From positions 98,495,164-98,559,163 of the forward strand of contig NC_083406.1 of NCBI RefSeq assembly GCF_020745735.1: DNA of 64,000 bases, written 5' to 3'. Shown here piece by piece: positions 13,180 through 24,800 of the stretch. A program made the translations under genes and the position numbers. The notes under the pieces were generated by a model, which was not told the DNA's origin, made no database searches, and saw nothing but the letters and a program-made list of their open reading frames with translations. Origin of the DNA: Hemiscyllium ocellatum. Its lineage: Eukaryota. Each line of letters begins with the position of its first letter. Position 1 is the stretch's first letter.

Positions 13180-14885
13180 TGGTTGTGGGATATGGGAATT
13201 GCCCAATGAGGAGTGATTGGATAAATCAAGCCTATGCTCTCTGGAATTATGAAGAGTGGAAGGAGACACCAAGATTGGTGGTATAATGGGCAGTGAAGAA
13301 GATTATCTAAGATAACAAAGAGATCTTTATCAATTAGATCATTGGGTTGAAAAGTGGCAGATGAAATTTAATTTGGATAAATGTGAGCTATTCATTTTCG
13401 TAAAATGAACAAAGGCAAGACTTACACAATTAAAAGTGGGATTGTGGATAATGTCGTAGAACAGAGAGACCTAGACGTTCAGCTACATAATTCTTTGAAG
13501 TTTGCACCTGTTGTGGGGAAAATCACCAACCTCAGAGTCAGAGTCGGGGTTCAATGACAGAGTTTATTGTACAAGGGGAGAGAAAGACACCAACAGCACA
13601 GTGGTCAGCTGCAAGTCTTCTCTTAATCTGACGGACGTCAAGATACTTTTATACATTTTGTAATAATAAGTCAGTGATGAGGTTATTGTCTTAGTGAAAT
13701 GGTTTATTTATAGTAACCATTGTAGAATTGTTAATCGTTTTGATGCAGTCATTGTCAGTTCCTGCACAGCCTTTGATAATTTCAGCACGGTTGTTGTCAG
13801 TTTCAGCGCAGACATTGTCAGTTTCAATATCTGCGTGGAAGTCCATTGCTGTACTAATGGGCGCTAATCGCTCTTCTTGAGAAGGATGATTATTGCAGCC
13901 CTGGCTATTATCACTCAACATTGAATCCATAGCAAGCTGTTATCATTTCTATCAAAGGTGTTGGCTAGACCCAGACACTTCAGCGGGAAGTATACACTAC
14001 TCGTGTATTCTCTCCCCCACCCGCCTTGAACTAATCAACTAGATTATGAGTGCTTTGTGTGGGCATTTTGGTGGCCCCAGGCAGTGTCTGTATTTGCTCT
14101 GCTGTCTCTATCCATATTGGGTTCCAATAGCCATTTTGTGTGTCAAGTGGCCAACTGGTGGCTCAGTGGTCATCTTGTGTGTCCGTTTGCTTGGTGTCAC
14201 CCTGCCCTGTGCCATTTCCCATTTGACATCACATATAGGTAGAGTGGTTAAGAAGGGATTTAACATGCTTGCCTTCATTGCTCAGATGTTTGAGAATGGG
14301 AGTGGGACGTCATGTTGAGGTCATTCAGGGCATTGGTGAGGCCTCTTCTGGAGCACTGTGTCCGGTTCTGAGTTCCCTGTTACAGAAAGGATATTATTAA
14401 GCTGGAGAGAGTTCAGAAGGGATTTACCAGGATGTTACCAGGCATGGAGACTTTGACTTAAAAAGAAAAAGGTGGATAGGCTGGGACTCTTTTCCCTCGA
14501 GCATAGGAGGTTGAGAGGTGACCTTATAGATGTTTATAAGATCAGGACGTATATAGATAAGGTGAATGGCAGGTGTCTTTTCCCTAGGGTGGGAAATTTC
14601 AGGATTAAAGGGCATATTTTTAAGGTTAGAGAAGAAAGATGTAAAAAAGAAATGGGGGCAATGTTTTTTATACAGAGTGGTATGTGTGTGGAATGAACTT
14701 CCAGAGGAAATGGTGGATGTGAGTACAGTTACAACATTTAAAAGACTTAAGTGCATGGATAAGAAACGTTTAGAGGGATATGGGCCAAGTGCAGGCAGGT
14801 TGGACTAGTTTAGTTTGGGAAAATGGTCGATGTCGACTGGTTGGACTGAAAGGTCTATTTCCATGCTGTATGGCTCTATTACTTT
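13180..14885 (+). mobile_element. CR1 LINE 3' fragment split by a solo LTR
   Basis: [35 protein letters not shown]. Confidence 0.8.
13509..14228 (-). mobile_element. Solo LTR inserted in a CR1 LINE
   Basis: TG...CA ends with imperfect inverted termini; minus-strand TATAAAA (~13652) followed by AATAAA (~13568); interrupts contiguous LINE sequence. Confidence 0.65.
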
Positions 14886-15959
14886 ATGAAATATCATTGA
14901 ATCAAAGTTCTTAAGGGGTTTGGTACAGTAGGTGACAGGAGGACATTTACCTGCCTGGGGGGCTGTAGAAGTAGGTGTCACAGACTCAGAATAAAGGGCA
15001 ATCCATTTTGCACTCTGAAGAAGAACTTTGCTAGTCAAAGTGCTATGAATCTTTGATATTTTTCACCCCAGAGAGCTGTGTTTGCTTTGTTGAGTATATT
15101 CAAGGCAAAGATTGACTGCCTTCATATCCAAATTCAATCAGGAGTATATTGAGAGAAAGTTGATCTAAGAATAAAGATCAGCCATAACCTTATTAAATGC
15201 CTGATTATGGTCTATCAACTGATTCAATATCATATGATTTTGTATACTTCCTAATATAATGCTAATGCATTAAAACTGCTAGCTGAGCCACGATTGATAT
15301 TAAATTTCTGTACTTGCCACCTGATTGTAAAATAGCATTTCAATGAGTTGAGGGAAATATTGCAGAATCTGTCAGATTTTCCTTCTAGTTACATAAATGA
15401 TGCAAAAGTCAGGGGTGTCCTTTTAATAGTATACATATTTCCTAATCAACCTGTTCAGGGAAGTTACATATCTCCAGACATGGGACTTGAACCCAGGAGT
15501 TCCCTATAAATGGTGTATGATGATACTGGTGGGTTTCCATCACTGAACTTCACCAGGGCAGATGAGAATCTAAATAACTGTATCTCATTAAGGAAGATTT
15601 TAAAGTTTTTGAATGACTAAAGATCACATTAATGATTGCTAAAAATAGCAGAAAAAAATGTCATAACATGGAGGTTGGACTGGGGTAGATAAAGTTAAGA
15701 ATCACACAACACCAAGTTATAGTCCAACAGGTTTCGGAGTGCTGCTCCTTCGTCATTGCTAAAAGGAGGCTGGGAGTTGGATTTTATTTTGATCTTGCAC
15801 TAATCAGAATTAATGCTCAAGAAACAGACCTGAGAAAGAGACACCATTTTATACAGCAAGGGAAGAGGATGTGGATTGGTTAGGCCATTATTGGCATGGA
15901 GATGCAACATGAACAGTTAACTGAAAATCTTAATTCTTAGATTGGGCAGGTAAATTCAG

Positions 15960-17530
15960 ATTAATCAGGGTGTTGCCATAAGGATACAACATCGTCTGGT
16001 TGTCTCCATGACCCTTAGCTTATTGACTAACATACCACTCAAAGAATTCATTGACATTTGCACTCTGTCACTATAAGGTGACACCCTAAATGTGCCAACA
16101 GTGTCTGAAACTACATTCATCAAACTCATGAACTTAGCGCAGATGTGTTCAGATTCATCCACACCATGTGCACATTGTCATAGGATCTGGTCTCGATCCA
16201 GCCCTTGCTAACATCTTTGTTGGTTACCATGAGAAATGCATTTTCAATGAATGGACCACTAACCTCCTCCATCTTGCATAGCCCTGATATCTAAATGACA
16301 TATTTGCAATATCTGAACATACTGCTGCATCAAAGAGTTCCTTCACACATCTTAATCTCAATCCTATACTCAAATTTACTATTGAAATGGAGCAATTAAA
16401 TTGGCTCTGTTCCTTGATGAATAAGCTGAGAAATCTGTCAATGGGTTCTCAACTATCTCCCAAAAGCCTGTATTCTACACACTACATGATCAATTTTATG
16501 AATAAGCTCATGACTAAGCACCTCGTCACTTTACAAGCTTTCTGCTGAGATAGGAGAAAGTGAGGACTGGAGATGCTGGCAATCAGAGTAGGGGAAATAA
16601 GGAGACTGGTGAAGTCGATGTTGATGCCGTGTGGTTGAAGGGTCCCAAGGTGGAAGATGAGGCATTCTTCCTCCAGTTGTTGGATGGCTTGGATTTGGCA
16701 GCAGAGGTGGCCCAGGACTTGCATGTCCTTGGCAGAGTGAGAGGGGGAATTGAAGTGGTTGGCCATGGTGTGGTGGGGTTGCTTGGTGCATGTGTCCCAG
16801 AGATGTTCCCTGAAATGTTTCACAAGTTGGCAGAACAAGTTGCTCTTGATGTGGCCTCCTCTCGATGTGGGGAGACAGGCGCCAAATTCGAGCCACCTGA
16901 TTTTAACTGCTCCTTGGATGCTACCTGACCTGCTGTACTTTTCCAGCTCCACACTTATACTGAGACAGGGCACATCAAAACCATCCTGCATGATAATGTT
17001 TACCTTGACCAAATCATCACTTTCTGTGTATGCAAAAACTCATGAAAATGCCTATATCGACCACGAGTGGTCCTCAAACTACCTCAGATTGCCCGGGAAG
17101 GGGAAATAGTCTCACAAGTATGAACAATAGGTAAAGCTAGATGTCTCATGCTGTCACCGTGCAGTGAACTCACCAAATGGTTTTCTTGATTAACGGATGC
17201 TATCATCATTTTGCATATCTCACAAATAAATAATGAGATACGAGTTTCACTCTTGATGCATTTAAGCCATACAATTTGCTAGTCATTGGGATGAATCAAT
17301 CACATGTCCTTTGCATGCCAACCATGCTCAGCTAGCCTGGATGTAAATATGCTTATAGGAAATAATTGATTATCTAGATAATGTTAAGAATTACCAGAAA
17401 CCAATTTAGGATCATCAATAAGGATCACAATACAATACATTTGTGCATACTAGAAGCTACATATAAATACATAGGACCGTGTTTTATGTAGGCAAAAGGG
17501 ATTTGTACATATGTTCCATCTTTTTCATTA
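15960..17530 (+). mobile_element. Old Penelope-like element (RT and GIY-YIG remnants) containing a nested minus-strand PLE fragment at ~16550-16960
   Basis: PALANIFVGYHE, YLNDIF, LKFTIEME and LEATYI remnants; nested fragment reads ANHFNSPSHSAKDMQVLG...LGTLQPHGIN. Confidence 0.7.
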
Positions 17531-17736
17531 AAAAAAGGCATCAGGGAGACAGTGAGTCATTGCCTTTTCCCCATGACCACACCCTGACCAATCAGAATTG
17601 TGACTGAGGGTCTCAAGTGGTCATAATAGCGCACTCATTCACTTGATCTCTAAGTTTGAATAGCTGACATCTTGCATGCTTTTACGGAATTTTAAAACTA
17701 TTTTCTCATCTGCAAGCCTGCCATTCTGTGAAATTG

Positions 17737-17888
17737 GTTAGAGACAAAAAAAAATCTGCAGATGCTGGAATCCAAAGTAGGCAGGCAGGAGGCTGGAAGA
17801 ACACAGCAAGTTACACCCAAAACATCATTTCTGCACCTCCTGATACTGTCTGGCTTGCTGTGTTCTTCCAGCCTCCTGTCTGTCTACT
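17737..17888 (-). mobile_element. Fold-back PLE mini-insertion
   Basis: Inverted arms ~17775-17810 / 17854-17890; TSD TTCTGT(G/A)AAATTG. Confidence 0.75.
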
Positions 17889-18151
17889 TTCTGTAAAATT
17901 GAGCTCACCCAGAACTCAGTTCACTATGTCCTGTCCAAATCACTTCATAGCATAAAGGCTATCTCTGTAAATACAGAATCAGAATCTATCTATCTAGTCT
18001 GAGAATTAAGACTGACAGTAAATTGTTCTTACTGTATTTCCATGCCAGTAATAACCAAATAATAAGCAGCCTCTTCTCGTGCTGTGTGAAATGGTGTCAC
18101 TTTTCTCAACTCTGCTTCTTGCATCCTACTTCTGAGCACAAAATGAAAAGG

Positions 18152-18313
18152 GCTGAAAATGTGTTGCTGGAAAAGCGCAGCAGGAAGGGCTGAGGAAGGG
18201 CTTATGCCCGAAACGTCGAATCTCCTGTTCCTTGGGTGCTGCCTGACCTGCTGCGCTTTTCCAGCAACACATTTTCAGCTCTGATCTCCAGCATCTGCAG
18301 ACCTCATTTTCTC
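18152..18313 (+). mobile_element. Fold-back PLE mini-insertion containing a hammerhead
   Basis: 33-bp inverted arms; TSD CACAAAATGAAAAGG (18137-18151 / 18314-18328). Confidence 0.85.
18190..18220 (+). ncRNA. Minimal hammerhead ribozyme core
   Basis: CTGAGGA-a-GGGC ttat GCCC-GAAAC-GTC^gaat; the 5' strand of helix I is replaced. Confidence 0.75.
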
Positions 18314-18841
18314 CACAAAATGAAAAGGTTCAACCTCTTACTGGTAACATAGAAAGTAGGAGCAGGAGTAGGCCAGTCTGCCAGGCTACTCAACAGGATC
18401 ATGTCTGACCATCCAACTCAATACACTCTTCCGGCTTGTCCCCCTAACTTTTGATCTCTTTAGACATAAGAACTATATCTAATTCCTCTTGAAAACATTC
18501 AATCTTTTGATATCAACTGCTTTCAGTGGCAGAGAATTCCACAAGACACCACTGTTTGCATGAAGAAACTTCTCCTCACCTGAATGAAAAATGACCTACA
18601 CCATATCCTTGCACTATGACTCCAGTTTTGGATTTCCCAGTCATCAGGAGCATCATTCCTACATTTACCCTTTCTGGTCCTCTTAGAATTTTATATGTTT
18701 CTATGAAATTCCCCTCATTCATCTAAACTTGCCTCCTTTAGCAATGGTTTAAGTTCAATACTATTAAAACATATAAAGCCTGAAGCCTCATCTTCTGCGT
18801 GAATGTTTAAACATCATATTAACTGATTTGATATCATTAAT

Positions 18842-19052
18842 GGGGTGGCACAGTAGTTAGCACTGCTGCCTCACAGCGCCAGAGACCGGGGTTCAATTCC
18901 CACCTCAGGCAACTGTCTGTGTGGAGTTTGCACATTCTCCCCATGTCTGCGTGGGTTTCCTCGCAGGCAATGTTAAATTACCCATAGTGTTAGGTGGATT
19001 AGTCAGCAGTAAATGTTGGGCTGAAGGGTGTGTTTCCACACTGTAGGGAATT
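18842..19052 (+). mobile_element. HE1-type SINE, internally deleted
   Basis: GTTAGCACTGCTGCCTCACAGCGCCAG...GGTTCAATTCC. Confidence 0.82.
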
Positions 19053-20469
19053 TAAACAAAAATGGTCTTTGAATCCATTCTGCTTTGTATGCCACTCACT
19101 ATTTAGTTAGATTCTACACAAACATCAGAAAAAGTAGTCATTGGATAGGTGAATTTGAATTCAAAACAGAATTGTAACTGAGGACATCAAGAGGTCATAA
19201 CGGTTAAATGGTTATGTTCATTCACTTGATCCCGAAGTTCAAATTGCTGCCATCTAGTGTGCTTTTACAGGATACATAATTTTAAAACTACTTTCTCATC
19301 TGTGAGCCTATCTTTCTGTAATGTTAAGATCACTCAAAACTCAGTTCATTATATCCTGCTGAAATTACTGCGATGCTATCTCTCTAATGATTCAGAATCA
19401 AAGAATTGTTGCATCACAAATGGAGGCTATTCAGCTCATATTTGCCTCTGCACTACGAATAAGCAATTCACTTCTTACAATTCTCCTGCCCTTTCCCCTT
19501 AATCTTGCACTTTTTTACTTCTGTGATAAGTCTAATTCAGTTCTGAATATTTCAAATAATTTTGCCCTATCACACCATAAGTGCATTCCAGACCTTAACT
19601 ATCAGTGTGAAAATATTTTCATGCCTTCCAAAAACTCTATGCTACTCCAACTCAGCCCTTTTCAGTCCTTACTCACTTCCCCCTACTACGGCAGCTATGC
19701 TTTCACCCTTTTCAGCCATGTTCTGGAATTCCCTTCTTGTACCTCTTCAGTCTGCTATCCTGTAAGTGATTTTAAATGCCTCAAGGACTGAACAGCATTA
19801 TAGGTTATTACCCTCTGGCACAGGAGTCCTACAAACAAGAATGTTATGATTGCACGAGAGATGATTTAAAGCAGATCAACCAGGATTTTGTGTGACTGGA
19901 GCAATTCAGCTATGAAGAGAGATTCAGTAAGCACGGGTGGTTTGCCTTTGAGAAGCGAGTGTGTGTATGAACCCTGATTGAGGTCTCCAAAGTTGTGAGG
20001 GACATTGATGGAGAGAAACATTTCCCATAGCAGAAGAGTCAATGCCAGGCCTTTTAAGGCAAAAAGCAGGATGTTGGTGATGGCTATCTGGAACTCTGCC
20101 TAAAAAAGGTTAGTAGAGGCAGGAACCAGCAAAGAAACGTAAGCCACACACACTTACATGCCAAGAGCTAGAAAACTGGGATTTGAATAGATAGAGACTG
20201 ATGACAAGCACAAACACAATGGACAGAAGAGTCTTTTTTCCATGCTGTAAGAACTATGTGACAGGACTCTATGTCATTTTGTACAGTTTATTACACCACA
20301 ATTTCATGGCTACATCGAAACTAGAAGTTAAGCATATCAAAACCCAACTTTACATGCCACAGTGAAGATAAACACAGCCAATTGGCAGTGTACCTTATGC
20401 CACCTCTCAATATGGTCCGTGCCAGACAGTTTTGGATATGTGAATTCCAAAAACAGTTGGGGGGTGGCA

Positions 20470-21210
20470 AAAATAAAAATTGCTGGAAAATCTCAGCAGC
20501 TCTGACAGCATATGTGGTGAGAAATCAGAGTTAACATTGCATGTCAAGTGACCTTTCCCCAGAACTGATGGTAGCTAGGAAAACGTCAATTTATATGCAG
20601 AAGATGAGGGGGAAGAAGGGAGTAAGGAGCAAACAATATGTGGGTATAGAACTCAAAGAGAAGATCTCTTGGACATACAAAGGAATAGATAATAGCAAAT
20701 TACTGCAGATGCTGGAATCTGAAACCAAAAGAGAAAATGCTGGAAAATCTCAGCAGGTCTGGCAGCATCTGTAAGGAGAGCAAAGAGCTGACGTTTCGAG
20801 TCTGACCCTTTGTCAAAGGAATAGATAATAATCTGGCTATGAGCTATTAATGGGGACTGTTAGTTGCTAACAATGGATTGTGTGTAACAGCAGACTATGT
20901 GATAACATATTCCTGATGAAGGGCTTTTGCCCGAAACGTCGATTTTCCTGCTACTCGGATGCTGCCTGACCTGCTGTGCTTTTCCAGCTCCACACTAATC
21001 TCGACTCTGATTTCCATCATCTGCAGTCCCTGTCTTTACCCATGTGATAACAAGGCCTGGTGTGTGGGGGCTGGGATCAAGAGCATGTGAAAGCTCAAGA
21101 CCTAAAGTTATTGAACTTGATACGGAGTCTGGAAGGCTGTAGGGTTCCCAAGCAGAGAATGAGGTGCTATTCTTCCAGCTTGCGCTGAGTTTTGTTGGAA
21201 TACTGCAAAT
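20470..21210 (-). mobile_element. Penelope-like remnant carrying two nested mini-insertions (20695-20813 and 20908-21041)
   Basis: GIY-YIG C-terminal remnant at ~21100-21200 on the minus strand; the nested inserts have TSDs. Confidence 0.65.
20909..20944 (+). ncRNA. Minimal type I hammerhead ribozyme (Penelope-associated)
   Basis: attc-CTGATGA-a-GGGC tttt GCCC-GAAAC-GTC^gatt; complete catalytic core. Confidence 0.85.
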
Positions 21211-21379
21211 GTGAAGTTGGGAGTGTGGGGCACCGCGTTTGCAATTAAGTTTTAACTGTAACTACTGGCGTTGTCACCGCCACAGGGCACCCGAACCCAG
21301 TCAGAGACTAACATGTCGGAACAGGTTGATTTAAAAAAATACCTACAACATCAAGCTGCAAAGAATGTGGAAGAGCACG

Positions 21380-21772
21380 TCACACGTGGTTAAACCTGAG
21401 GGAAAGGCATTAGAAAATCACGCCCTAAACAGTTCATACTTTGCCACTCTACAAACCAGTTCATCCCCTGCGCCTGCGCAGCTTCAAACGGTCACACAGT
21501 CTCCTTCCCTCTCGGCCCGGCCACGCCCACACTTCTCACCACGCGCGTGCTCACAACACCATTTCAAAAGTGCGTGCCGGCCTGGTCTCGGAATGAGCGG
21601 ATTGGTCGGTTTGCCCGCAGTCACGTGATTTGGTTTGTTTTCACCCCCCCACGTGTTTGGGGGTGGGAGGTAGCGTAGCCAAATTCAAACGGAGACAAAG
21701 CCGCGTGATTGGTCGGGCCGGGAGAGAGTTAACGGCGGAGGAGAAGCTGCTCTTTTACAAATACAGAGCAAC
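21380..21772 (+). promoter_or_regulatory. CKAP2 CpG-rich promoter with cell-cycle (CHR/NF-Y) architecture
   Basis: NRF1 TGCGCCTGCGCA 21469-21480; Sp/KLF GCCACGCCC ~21520; inverted CCAAT (ATTGG) 21601 and 21708; E-boxes CACGTG 21383, 21622, 21650; inverted CHR TTCAAA 21483, 21563, 21684. Confidence 0.75.
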
Positions 21773-21830
21773 ATGTCAACTGTCTCCACTGCCACCGGGG
21801 TGAAGTCTCGGCAACCCCTGTCATATGCTG
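21773..21830 (+). CDS. CKAP2: CKAP2 exon 1 coding part
   Basis: ATG in context AACATGT; MSTVSTATGVKSRQPLSYA; donor G|GTACTT, phase 1. Confidence 0.85.
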
Positions 21831-24800
21831 GTACTTTGCTGGTCTTGGGGAGTCTGTGGGGCGAGCGCTTTTCACCGGGTCACTTATAAACTCTGCTCCG
21901 GGGTTAGGAATAATCGAGTGGGTTGTTTTGTTTTATTTTATTTTCATATTAATGTCGCTGATGCTGTCTCCGCCGCTTCACTTTGCCAGCGATTACTCGA
22001 AATGAGGTTGCACTGACAGTGTCTTGTCCTGTTCTGTTTTTCCTCTTCGCGTCCATCCCTCCCCAGAGCAAAGGCGCCAGAAGTTAGAAGAGTATCTGCA
22101 GAGAAAGAAGTCTGCTAACAACGTGGCGATCCGAGCCCGGAGCCGTTTGGAGAGCAGGTGATGGGTGATCTGTGTTTAATCAGTGAAGTCCTGCCAGCTT
22201 CTTGGCACTTGGAAACCTCTGAAAGCGGGTTTCCCACTGTTTTGATATCCACTGCAATATGTAATTCTGTGCATTCCTAATGTCTCCATTTCAATGCCTC
22301 TACGTGTTTTTAAATTTTGGCAGCGATTGGAGCGTGGGAGATTTTGAAGCCACCGCGAGCAATTAATTCATTCAAATGCAAAAAGACTCACCAGTAAATA
22401 TCTGCTCGATGATGTTTTAAATCATGCACCGCCTCTTGTCCCGCCCTGTTAGCTGTCAGTTTTCGGTTCGATTTGAACTACCATAATGTGCCCTTTTTTT
22501 TCCTTCAGATTCTCTGTTTCCAGCAGCGCTCTCTTCTAGTTTGAGGCTGGGTCATTAACTATGTTCACGGCTCAAAGATTTTTAATCAGTAAGGGAATCA
22601 AGATTTAAGGGGAAAAGACAGGAAAGAAGAGTTTATGGTTCTTGGATCAAGTCGTGATCTAATTTTAAATAGTAAAGTAGACTTGATCAGCTACTTCAAT
22701 GTTTTATTATCACTGCTGTAGGTCATTCAACAAATTGTGTCTCTGGCTCTCTGCAGCGCAACCTCGTGAGATTTTTTTTTAACTGCAGTCTTGTAAATCA
22801 CTTCTCTTCAAATAATTATACAATTCCCTTTTGAAAATCATGGTTGATCTACCTCCACTATGCACTCTGGCATTATATTTCCAGATTATGGAATAATCCT
22901 GTGTTTAAAAAAAACAAAAACAATTTTTTTTCATTTACCTCTTTGGCCATTTACCCTTTTCTAACCTTTATTGAAGTTTTGATGTTGGACTGGGGTGGAC
23001 AAAGTTTAAAAATCACACAACACCAGGTTATAATCCAACCGGTTTATTCGAAAGTATTAACTTTTGAAGCACTGCTCCTTCATCAGGTGGTTGTGGAGTA
23101 TAAGGTCAAAAGACACTGAATTTATAGCGAAAGGATTAGTGTCATGGAGTTGTAATAATAATAATATTAAACAAGTTTGGATTAAGTCTTTCAACTTTTA
23201 GAATGGGATATGCTAATTCCAGTTCTTCAATACTTCAATTCCAGAACTCCTTTTAAGTTATGTTCTCAAACTAGCTTTAGTTTTTTTTAACAATTGGTGT
23301 CATCTCTGCTCTGACAATGCCTTAAAGGTGTTACATTAAAGTCTGTCTGTGTGCCAATATTGAGTAAGACTGTTTCTATTTTTAAAGTGGAATTCTGCAA
23401 ATACAAATTTCCCCCATAAACTTGTGTGCATGTGCAGAAGAGACAGAGAGAGTGCGCGAATGCATGTGGGTGTGAGTGCATTTGAAAGAGTGTGTATAAG
23501 CTTGGTTAAGTGTATGAATGTGATGGGGTATAAGCCTGTGAGTATGGGGAGTACATGTATGTGCATAGGGCCTGTGTGTGTAAGAGTGTATAGCGCAGTG
23601 GGGTCACCTATAGTGTGACATGAGCCCAAGGTCCTGGTTGAGGCCATCCCCTTGGGTACCAAACTTGGCTATCAGCCTCTGCTCGGCCACTTTGCATTGT
23701 TGCTTGTCCCGCGTTCCACCTTGGAGGATGGTCACCCAAAGGTCCGAGACTGAATGAATGTCCCGGAACACTGAAGTGTTCCCTGACTGGGAGGGAACAC
23801 TCCTGGGATGTTAAATACTAACATATCATTACAGCTCCATGACACTGTAACCCTTTTGCTATAAATTCTGTGTCTTATTAAATTATACTCCATAACCACC
23901 TGACGAAGGAGTAGAACTATAACATGGTGTTGTGATTTTTTAACTTTAACCTTAGTGAAGACCATTATGCTGAAGGGAATAACTGTATTTATTCTGTCCA
24001 CATCTCTTATGATATTGAATATTTAGCAACTCTCTTCTTGACCTTCTCTAAATAGAATGGCCTAAGCTTCTGCAATTTCTCTTTGTAGGCGAAGTCCTCA
24101 TCCCTGAAACCATTCTGTTATAGCTTTTCCGTAGTAGCTAAAGCCATTTCCTTTTTCCCCCAATGCACTTTGAATTTGTATCTACTCCAATATCCTTGCA
24201 ATAAAGACTATTTTCCTTCCTAATTGCTTGTTGTACCTGCACCCTATCTTTGCTCATTGTACAAGCATTTTATTTGCATCCAAGTTGGTAGTATGATATG
24301 AGCAACATTTTGTTTGTTTTCTGATTCAGTTCTAGTGCAGTGACTTTGCATATAACCTGGTGAGATTGCCTGGTACCATTACCATTATTACTACCATGAT
24401 ATAATGAGCATCAGTTTATAATTTGCAATTTTATAACCTTTTTCCTTCACCTCATTTCATGTTGTGTGATGCTGTCTCGTCATTATGAAGTCAAACCAGT
24501 GAAAATATCTTTTTTAAAAAAGTTTACTGTTCTAGATGTTGAACTCTTTTTAATGCTAATGATACAAATATTTGTTTTCTTTTGTAAGTTAGTTGATTTG
24601 AAGAAGGCAAAGAATTTCTGTGTACAATGTCTTTCTGATTTATACTGATCACCTTTCCTTTCATTTGAAGGGTATACTTGAGAGACAAGACAAACATTGA
24701 GAAACTTCAAGCTTCTACATGGCAGACAGAAGGAATGGTGGGTTCTTGAAGAAAAATGTAGATTTTTCTCCTTTATCATGTGTTGCATCCTTGGGTAGAA

